A DNA stretch of 64,000 bases. It comes from Oscarella lobularis (taxonomy: Eukaryota). The stretch spans positions 1,046,690 through 1,110,689 of the forward strand of contig NC_089192.1 in the NCBI RefSeq assembly GCF_947507565.1, given 5' to 3'. Numbering within the stretch: position 1 is the stretch's first letter; the number at the start of each line of letters is the position of its first letter. Below, piece after piece: positions 55,475-64,000 of this stretch. A program made the position numbers and the translations under genes. Under the pieces are notes generated by a model, which saw only the letters and a program-made list of their open reading frames with translations, had not been told where the DNA came from and ran no database searches.

Positions 55475-58400
55475 ATGGGTCTCCTGAGCGAAGGTTCTCC
55501 TCTCTCGTGGCAAGAAACGAAGAAGCACGTCGACCACGTGAAAAAATCGGGCATCCGACAATTCCTCTCAATCTATCGTCGACTGAAAGATCGCCAAAAG
55601 GACCATTTGAAGTGGGGCGACGAAGTAAGCGCGACTAGACGAAAAACAAACGACGTTATTTCACCTGCACCACGACCAAAGATCGAATACACGCTCGTGC
55701 ACTTCGACCACGAGCGCAAGACAGCTCGCCTCTATCTCGACGGACCGAAATATTTGGAAACGCTTCAAGAGGAAGAAAAGCGCTCTCCCGAGTAAGCGAA
55801 ACAAGAAAAAATCAGCTAAAAATTCCTAATGCGTTGCCGTGAAGCTCGCATCCGACGACGTGGCGACCCGAATATGGGAGCTACATGCTCGAATGTACGT
55901 AGGTTCATCCACATTTACATGAGTCATCGTGACGCGTCGACGTCGCCTTTGGGTTCGATTTAATTAATTCTAATTGATGACCACGCCTTTTTAGCGACAC
56001 CCGGAAAACCGTGGGTTTTTGTTGGCGATTTGTCCGAGTTCAATGACGTCGAACCGAACATGAAGCTGAGGTAGTAAATAGGCCACGCCCTAGCTATTTA
56101 TTAATTAGCCTGCACGAAGTTGTACTATTGGTAGTCTAGGATCTCGAGAGAATGCAGTGGGCATTGTCTCGTGCATTGATTGACCTTTTGGTCTGTTTTT
56201 ACTTAATTAGAAGTGGAACCCTCATTGTTGGCTTAGGTGCCATGTATGCGTTTTTCTAGACTCCCTTGCGCCTTATACTGTAGTGATAAACGATGTTGAA
56301 GTGCTAAAACGTTTACCGCAATTCATACAGGAGAGAAGAGATTACGAAGCTTCTTGAAGGAACGAACGTTTCTTGTTTGACCGTGACAACGTTTCCCAGG
56401 TGACACTGGCCTTTTCACTCATTTTCCCCCTCATTGAAGCATTTTGTTGTCTCTCGCGCTCACGAAGAATTGGCTGTCCTGATTTCACGCAACCGATTTA
56501 TCGACCGACTCCCCAACCCGAAGCTGATGGAGCATCGCGTTCGGTTTTCTATCCTGACCAGGCCATCTATCCCGGACACCCTCGATTCCGGTGAGACGAC
56601 TACCCTTCTTAATTGATTTATTAATCGACTTTCTTTTAGGACTTTGACGCGAAATATTCGCGATAGACGAGGATCCAAAGTTGCAATGAATTTGCCGAGT
56701 ACGACATTCGTTGACAGGGGTTTATTTCAAAGAAATTTTATATTGCACTAGTTTTTCGAGACGCGAATACGCCGTCTCCTTTCGTGGAAACGTTCGACGA
56801 TCCCGAAGCCAATGCGGCGTCGCTTAAGGATCACGTCTATCTCGATTGCATGGGCTTTGGAATGGGATGCAGTTGTCTCCAGGCGAGAGAACATCATTTG
56901 TCTTTCTTCTCGTACAACTAGCGTCTCTCGCCTTCTAGATGACCTTTCAAGCATGCAGCGTCGACGAGGGAAAGTATCTGTATGACCAACTGGTTCCCAT
57001 ATGTCCTATTGTGGTACGCTTGCACGCATAGTATATATACTACAGTAGCCAACACTTTACATGTGTCTTGTTCTTTAGATGGCTCTCTCAGCTGCGGCTC
57101 CCATCTATCGAGGCTATCTTGTTGACAGTGATTGTCGCTGGAATGTCATATCTGGATCCGTCGATTGCCGGACTCCCGAAGAACGAGGGCTGAAAGTAGG
57201 AGGAAGTGGAGGCATTAGGCTCTGCTCTTATGTATGTTGTGGTACTTATAGCCTCTATCTGAAAACAAATTCGTCATTCCTAAATCGCGTTACGGATCTG
57301 TTGATTGCTATTTGGCCAGCGACAAATACAACGACGTTCCCATTCAGTACGAACCGGAAGTCTTGCAAGAATTAATAGACGAAGGTAAGTAGGACTCTCT
57401 TGCAGCAAAGTCCCACCTCACTTCTTTATTTTCCTCAAGGAGTGGACGAGCTCTTGGCTAAGCACATCGCTCATCTTTTCATACGTGACACCGTGTCGCT
57501 GTTTTCGGAGAAAATTAAGCAGGATTTAGAAAAGGAGTCTGATCATTTTGAGGTACGATATTCCAATACGTATATATCTTTTTCACTGTGCATATATGAA
57601 CACTACTAATAGCATACGTACCTGCATAGAGATGCATAAGTCACACTGCTGCGTTTCTAGAATATCCAATCAACGAATTGGCAATCGATGCGCTTCAAGC
57701 CGCCACCTCCCAATTCAGATATCGGATGGAGAATCGAATTTCGAGTTTGTGAGGTGCAAGGCGTTTTTAATTAATTGGCATAAAAATTCTCCTCGCTTAG
57801 ATTGGGTTCTCTTGTCTTTTCAGGTTCAGGTGACGGACTTCGAGAATGCCGCCTACGCTGTCTTTATTGTTCTTCTCACCAGAGCCATAATGTCATTTGG
57901 ACTCAATTTTTATATGCCAATATCAAAGGTAGTCTGTGAATCTCTTCAGGGCGCCTCTCGCTTTCACCTATTTATCTAGGTTGACGAGAATATGGAAAAG
58001 GCCCAGAGACGGGATGCTGCGCGCGCTGAAAAATTCTATTTTCGTTGTCAACCGTTTCCTGGTACGAAAGAAAAAGATCCACGTGAATGAAACGATTTCA
58101 CAGCATTAATAGGAGATTTTGAAGTTAAAGCGGAAGACCCCGAATTCAGCTTGATGTCCGTAGACACGTTAATTAATGGAAAAGTAATAGTATATGTCTT
58201 CCTTGTAAATAATCACTTCTCTTTTTTGTAGGACGGTGAATTTCCCGGGTTAATTCCTCTTATTTGGCGCTATTTGGATTCCGTTCACGTCGACGCTGAA
58301 ACGCATTGCACGATAAGTCGCTACTTGTGTCTCATTGAGCGTCGAGCCTCAGGTCAGTCAATAATTGCGGCCAAAAATGGCTATTAGTAAACGTATTCCT

Positions 58401-58658
58401 TCAAAATTTCTCACGCCTTTATACTAATGCTGTGGTTTTATACATATATATATAGGAAAGGTGCTGACTGCGGCTCAGTGGATGCGCCAATTCGTTCACA
58501 GTCATCCCAAATACTCTCGAGATTCGGTTGTGTCCGACGAAATCAATTACGATTTGATGTGCGCTTTCGATAAGATCATGAAAGGCCAAATGGGCTGTCC
58601 AGAGTTGTTGGGAAAATGCGACGACCTTCTTGAGAGAAAAGACGCTCAAACGTCGTAG
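55475..58658 (+). CDS. GCLC: Glutamate-cysteine ligase catalytic subunit, paralog 2; complete, about 14 exons
   Basis: Exon translations match GCLC along the whole protein. They read [50 protein letters not shown], an intron, [36 protein letters not shown], an intron, [277 protein letters not shown], ..[48 protein letters not shown].. and ..[67 protein letters not shown]. Confidence 0.9.
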
Positions 58659-59039
58659 TTCGTTCGTTCTCGCTGCACACCGCCTTGGTTTTGCACGTAC
58701 CATTGCTTTATTATTGCCTGGGACTGTGGTGCTGCTGGAACAAAGCGTTTTTATGTAATGTGGACGTCCCTAGCTGAAGCTTCTTTCTTTGACTGCTAGT
58801 CGTTCTTGCATCCATCTCGAGGTATCCATAGTAGTGCGCACTACTATCTATCTTCCAAATAGTAGCGGCCATTGCGCGTCACGTGATTGAAGGCGCCTCT
58901 AACGATAGGCTCCCGCGTTTTTTCCGGAAACTGCTCAAACTGCCCAAACCAGTTTCGCGTGTTAGGCGTGCGTGATCACAATTCCCAACTGTGATTGGTT
59001 CTTACGTCGCCTACGTCATTGGAATCCGGGTTTGAGTGC

Positions 59040-60020
59040 ATGTGCGACTCGCCGGTTTCAGTCATTCTCGGCCGAACTTTCTTCGAAGCAGGCGCACTTC
59101 TGCAGCGGCCGCGTTTTTCGTTCGTCGTCGACACCGGGGCGGCCGAGAAAGGCATTCTGCCTCGCGGCAGAGCCATTAGCACACGATCCGGCGGGGACTA
59201 CGGCGTCTTCCGGTGAGAACGAGCGACGCCCCCAATTTCATTCACGAACCTAATAGCGCCTATTTTCGCAGGAAATCCCCGCAATCCTTCGCGAAGGATT
59301 GCGCCCTGGGTCGACGAAGACAGCGCAACGCGGCCGGCACGTCGGTAAGTCAGCAGCGCGCCCGTTTTCGCCTTCACGCGCGATCGATCGATTTTTTTCT
59401 TTCAGATCGTCGCGCCTCGGCGCGCGATGACGTGCGTTGATGGGATCGCACAGCGCCGGCGTCTCCGCTCGCCTGTAAGAACCGAATCCGCGCGACTTCC
59501 GTTGTCTCGACCGCGCGATTGACGGTCTACGCGTTTTCTTTAGAAAAGCGACGGCGATCCCCCGTCAAAGCCGAGCAAAACGGCTGATTGTCGCGCCTCG
59601 CGACATCGACGATGGTAACCTAAGCCTTCTCTTCACGCATCCTTCATTGTTCTATATAATGTGTCATAGATTGGAGACACGCGGAGAAACATCTGTCGAC
59701 AGCTGCCGGCGGACCGCACCCACTTGGAAGGTAATGACGCCATGTGGATTAATTAATTAGTTTATTAATTTATTATCTTATTTTAGTCTGCCTTGACGAC
59801 GGCGATGATGACGACAACGGCAATGACGACAACGATGGAGGACGGCCATGGCAAAGATGGCCTGACACTACCGACGAGGCAGAAGATCGAGGTTCGTACT
59901 TCCCTTGGGGCCCGTATGGAGTAGGCGCGCTCATAAGGGCGGAGAGCTCTCGCACTGCACCCAAGCTGATTGCACGTTTTGCCACTGCTCCCTCTTCGGG
60001 CCAGACGGAACATGTACACT
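59040..60020 (+). other. CpG-rich putatively transcribed multi-exon region of unknown function (possible gene or UTR with short GT-AG introns)
   Basis: A series of 60-110 nt segments are separated by consensus introns (gtgagaacg..ttttcgcag, gtaagtcag..ttctttcag, gtaagaacc..ttctttag, gtaacctaag..tgtcatag, gtaatgacg..tattttag). The segments contain a repeated IVAPR motif (IVAPRRAMTCVDGIAQRRRLRSP and ..KRLIVAPRDIDD) and an Asp-rich exon DDGDDDDNGNDDNDGG. The reading frame could not be resolved and no homology was recognised. A CCAAT box and a GTCACGTGA box lie upstream at 58860-59010. Confidence 0.25.
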
Positions 60021-60329
60021 GATTGCGACCTAGGGGGTGGGAGGGACGGTTTGAAGTGGGGCAGTGGCATCTCAGCAAAAAGCTTGTATTGTGTGCACGT
60101 GCGAGGGCCTAAATGGGGACAACAAAAAGCATAATGTACTGACCATCCTATGCATCGTGCCGCTTTGCAACTACGATAGACAAAGCATTACGTTCATGCG
60201 GGTCCGTATACCGCCATGCATTAGGGTTAGGGCGGCTGTCAGTAGGTAGGGCGTTTCCCAAAGTAGATATAGGTTGTAGCTCCTTCCCCAACGTGCTTAG
60301 CTGGCAGCCGCCACGTTAGACCATTTCAG

Positions 60330-60770
60330 TGGATTCTGAGGTACTCTAGGTTGATTTAGAATATAGGATAACTATCTAGGTCAATGGATTTGGAGGTAAT
60401 CTAGGTTGATTGTTAGAGTTAGAATATAGGATAATTATTTAGGTCAATGGATTTGGAGGTAATCTAGGTTGTTGGTGGTAGAATGTAGGATAATTATCTA
60501 GGTCAATGGATTTGGAGGTACTCTAGGTTGATTTAGTGTGTAGGTTTTTGATTTTTTAATTAATTAACTAAATTTTAGGTCAATGGAATTAGAGGTACTC
60601 TAGGTTGATGTAGTATATAGGTTTTTAATTAATTAAATTTTAGGTCAATGGATTTAGAGGTACTCTAGGTTGATCTAGTATGTAGGTTTTTAATAAATTA
60701 AATTTTAGATCAATGGATTTGGAGGTACTTTAGGTTGATTGTTATTTATATTCTCTAATCCGTCTTTTAG
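60330..60770. repeat. Tandem repeat, ~65-bp unit x 7 (taggtcaatggatttggaggta[ac]tctaggttgat..), AT-rich variable half
   Basis: The units start at about 60333, 60395, 60461, 60527, 60597, 60662 and 60727. Each carries the conserved core ggtcaatggatttggaggtactctaggttgat. Confidence 0.85.
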
Positions 60771-60849
60771 CGTAATTGTATTATTTGAACAATTTGTGTT
60801 TTAAAGCTAATATTTAAAATTTTTTGTGTAGATAAATATTTCGAGAAAA

Positions 60850-62340
60850 ATGTCAATGTTTCTATTGCAACTCCCACTCACGAAGAGGTATTAGTTTGGA
60901 GCAATGTGATAGTAGTTTCTGTATCAGTTTTCGTAGACAAAGAAAAGAGAGAGGAAGAGCCGTTAAGATGGACTACCTTGGCTATCAGTGATTAAAATAG
61001 CCGGCTATTCAATTTCTGAAGAAGAGAAGGTATGTAATTGGCAGGGCCAATGTGCGTGTGTTCCTATGTATTTGCTGTTTAGAGGGAAAAGCGAGCAAGT
61101 GAGAGCCTGCCTTTTTATTATTCAGAGCATTTTGGCTTAGTGGACTGCGACATCATCAATGAAGTATGCACTTATTCACGTAATGGTAAATTACCAAAAT
61201 TTACTTTTTAGATAAAGACTGGAATGGAACAAAAGCCAATGGGTCTTGAGGTATGAAATCTCTTTTCCGAATCACTGAAAACAAGGTATTTACTTTTACA
61301 CGTTAATGTATATCCTTGTGAGGTTTTTGTTGTAGGAAAGAGAGCGGGAAGAGGAAAGCCGTGGAGGAGGAGCGTAATAGATAGATACACCGCCAGCGAA
61401 TAAGGTACGGCATTCACTTAGCACGTTGATGTACGTCTATATGCCTTTTTGGTCTAGGAAAAGAAGAGGAAGAAACTTCCTTATTTCATTTTTTGATTTT
61501 TTACTTGGTAAACAGTGGATAATGAGGTAGTAAATTTAAAGGCGATGTGATATTTTCTTTCAGTTTTTCTTTTAGAGACAGAGACAGAGAAAGAGAAAGA
61601 GAAGGAGCCGTCTTGAGGCTAGCACTGAACAAAGCCAATTACTGAAGAGGAGAAGGTATATCTATAATTGTCAAGTCAATGCGTATGTCTTTGTATGAAT
61701 TTGTTCTTTAGAGGACGAAGCGAGCGAAATAGAAAGAAGTATTTGAAACATCTTTGGCTCAGTGGACAGCATCATCAATCAGGTATGAATTTCTACTAAT
61801 TCACGTAATGGTCTACTAAAATGCATTTTTAGATGAAAACTGAAGACTGGAGCTAAAGCCAATGGGTGGTGGCATCAAATTTCTTGCGCAGCTCATTGAA
61901 AAAAGAGGTGTGTATATTTTAGCACGTTTTTGTATCTTTGTAAGGTTTTTGTTTTAGAAACACAGAATCGGGAAAAGCAGAAAGCGTAGAGCTTGAATCA
62001 GTAAACAAGTGGACAACAAAGATAAGGTAATCACTTTTGCACAGTAATAGGCATTTGAAAACATTTTTGTTTCAGAAAAACGGAAGAACGGAAGGCAGAA
62101 AGTCTTGGAGAAGAAAAAGCTGCATTAGCAGCTTGGAACAAGTGGACAAAGAAGGAGGAGGTAGTCATTTTGGCTGGCACAGTGATATACAGTTCTAATA
62201 ATTTTTTGTTTTAGAAAAAGAAAGTTCTTGGAGGTGTGTGAAGCTGGGATTATAGGACAACGGAGGAGGAGAGGAGGTGGTAATCATATTGCGGCACACG
62301 TGATACTTATTTCTGAACATTTTTTGGTTTTAGAAACAAG
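60850..62340 (+). other. Tandemly duplicated cassette (2 x ~700 bp) of GA-rich micro-exon-like segments separated by ~50-nt intron-like spacers with consensus splice sites; non-coding (stop codons in all spliced frames)
   Basis: The pattern ..gaagaagagaag|gtatgtaattgg...tgctgtttag|agggaaaagcgagcaag.. recurs 4-6 times per unit. Unit 1 spans about 60900-61560 and unit 2 about 61560-62290, with around 75% identity. The segments read agagacagagacagagaaagagaaagagaaggag, ggaagaggaaagccgtggaggaggagcg and ggaagaacggaaggcagaaag. The spliced product has no open frame. Confidence 0.35.
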
Positions 62341-62399
62341 ACACAGAGAGAAGATAAAAATAAAGATTGCATGCAAATAAAAACTGCTTACTTTTGCAT

Positions 62400-62520
62400 G
62401 CAAAAACTGCTTACTTTTGCATGCAGGGTGGGAAAGTAAAGTAGGGGCAAGAGGATGGGGAAATAAAGGAGAGGGGGAGAGGGTGGGGAAATTAAAGAGA
62501 GGGGAGGGGCTCTGCACACT
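62400..62520 (+). repeat. G-rich purine tract with GGG/GGGG runs (G-quadruplex-forming potential) next to a duplicated gcatgcaaaaactgcttacttttgcatgca motif
   Basis: The tract reads gggtgggaaagtaaagtaggggcaagaggatggggaaataaaggagagggggagagggtggggaaattaaagagaggggaggggctctg. The direct duplication is at 62370-62425. Confidence 0.6.
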
Positions 62521-63513
62521 TCAGACTTTCAGTCACAATTTTGCCATTTTATCATGTGTCAGTCACCCTGCATATTTCATCATCCTTTCATTGTATCCTC
62601 TTCTGTTCCTTTGCGCACGTTATCATTCTTCTATCTAAGATTCTATGCTGAATTGACCAGCTAGCATTTCAAAGTTTCGTTCGTTATTATATTGACAGTA
62701 TTCATTCTCTGATCTCTTTCATTCTCGGGAGTCTTCCCAAGCGGAATTTCTCCATCAACGCAAGCATCACAACTTCATGAAGAACTTTTCTCTAAGTCAA
62801 CGTCATCTAATCTCCTTTCAATTCTCTCCAGTCCTCCATTACAATGAAGGAGGACTATGCGCGCTTGAATTCTCAATAGGAGCGAGCACCTACTAGTAGT
62901 GTCTAATGTAAAGTCATCGTTCTACGCGTGGCAGCTCTTATCATCTAAATCTCTTAGTGGCCGCGCCATCAACGATGAAAATTTGGGGCGATGAAACGTA
63001 CGGAAACGAAGATAAAAGCCTTGGCGGCAGGAACCTTTTTTGTAGCTCTGTTGGTTTTGTTTTGGCTTTTTGTAGCGAGCAAATCATTACTATGACGTTA
63101 CTTAGACAATAAAAATATGTCACGCGAGTCGATTATCACTCATCAACTGAGTATTGAGAAAATGCTTTTGGCAGGCTGGCGCGAAGAAAATAGCTCGACT
63201 CAGTCGAGTTTGTTTATTGCTGAATTTTTCTATCTCTGTGTTTACAGCTTAGATGTTTGCTAACACTCTATACGCTGGCTGGGTACTAGGTCTCCAGAAA
63301 TCAGCGAACTTCGCGTGGGTGAATTTTGTTTTGATTACAGACGCTGACGTCTTTGGACAACATGCGTTTCTATTGGAAGAGGAAGCGACGAGAAGGACAA
63401 TAGACTCGCCAAACATTTTCAGAATCGTTTTAGGAATATTTTATTGACAATAAAAGTTCATGTTAAATTCATGCACTACAAAATCTCTAGCCTTCATTAA
63501 ATTGTTGTTGATT

Positions 63514-64000
63514 TCTTCGTGCGTCCGTATTAGCATAACCCAGGCTACACCACGCGGAGGTTCGGACGCTAGTAGCCCAAGGCAGCCACCGCAAAGCGAT
63601 GGCCACCCGGTTCCAAAATTTGAGGGAAGTATATTGGCTTCACTGGCCTCTTCAAGCAGTACCCGCCTGGACGCATGAGTTCGGCCCCTTGTACCGACCC
63701 CCCCGGCGCGGTGGTACCACTCTGACATCTAACCCATGAGGTGGTGGTCGTGGCAGCGCGACTGCCCCACCTTAGGGCTTGTGAAGTAGGAGAGCGAGCT
63801 GGCCACTGTTTGTAGGAGTCAGCAATGAAGACGGTGCAATGCAATGGATCGAAGCCTCCTGGGCCAGATCATCTTTGGTCTAATCGTGCCAATTGGGTGA
63901 GAAAAGTGCCGGCAACCAGGCCATGTTGAACACCCCCTTCAAGTCGTACCCACTCGTGCCTAACGTGGATCGTACTTGTTGGCACAATAAGACCGCAGCG
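63514..64000 (-). ncRNA. GC-rich conserved non-coding element, copy 2 (inverted relative to copy 1; 5' part runs off the window end)
   Basis: The reverse complement of 63514-63620 is attttggaaccgggtggccatcgctttgcggtggctgccttgggctactagcgtccgaacctccgcgtggtgtagcctgggttatgctaatacggacgca, about 91% identical to 25135-25239. The remainder aligns to 24740-25135 at about 75-80% with indels. The longest ORFs shift frame relative to copy 1. Confidence 0.4.

Noticed and set aside
60330-60770. A possible spliced-leader RNA gene array. The 65-bp tandem units contain GGATTTGGAG|GTAC (exon-donor-like) and aattttagg (Sm-site-like).
   Set aside because: The unit is too short for an SL RNA gene. The Sm-like motif precedes rather than follows the donor. 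No outron-type acceptor evidence is available.

Overview
This 64 kb window is eukaryotic, probably metazoan, nuclear DNA. It is gene-dense, genes are compact, and introns are short (about 45-70 nt, GT-AG).

Genes recognised from exon translations, left to right:
- A glutamate-cysteine ligase catalytic subunit (GCLC) paralog on the minus strand that runs off the window start.
- A TMEM164-like membrane protein.
- A FAF2/UBXD8-like UBX protein.
- A roughly 8 kb kinesin-3 gene with a C-terminal CAP-Gly domain. It shares a divergent promoter with a TRMT11 tRNA methyltransferase gene.
- EMC2, a protein kinase and a kelch-repeat protein.
- A roughly 12 kb TEP1-like gene (TEP1 N-terminal repeats, TROVE, vWA-like, NACHT, about 20 WD40 repeats).
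- A secreted TSP1/Sushi/poly-Asp protein.
- Two tandem intronless cathepsin B-like proteases with an unusual C-terminal extension, with a truncated pseudogene between them.
- A candidate small Cys-rich secreted peptide.
- A beta-mannosidase gene (MANBA, GH2).
- A secreted multi-EGF protein.
- A second, complete GCLC paralog on the plus strand.

Non-genic structure:
- Two arrays of a composite foldback/minisatellite element sit at 1.3-2.4 kb and 26.8-27.8 kb, both apparently inside introns.
- Two nested TIR elements with perfect 9-bp target-site duplications sit at 21.7-23.3 kb. They lie next to a captured or duplicated EMC2 fragment.
- A roughly 140-bp dispersed repeat occurs four times. One copy carries the TEP1 start codon.
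- A roughly 740-bp GC-rich non-coding element is present in two inverted copies (24.5 kb, and 63.5 kb to the window end). Its 3' part is 91% identical between copies, which suggests a functional ncRNA.
- Near the right end there is a 65-bp tandem repeat, a duplicated cassette of GA-rich micro-exon-like segments and a G-rich tract.

There are no prokaryotic features and no CRISPR array. Intron boundaries are approximate throughout.
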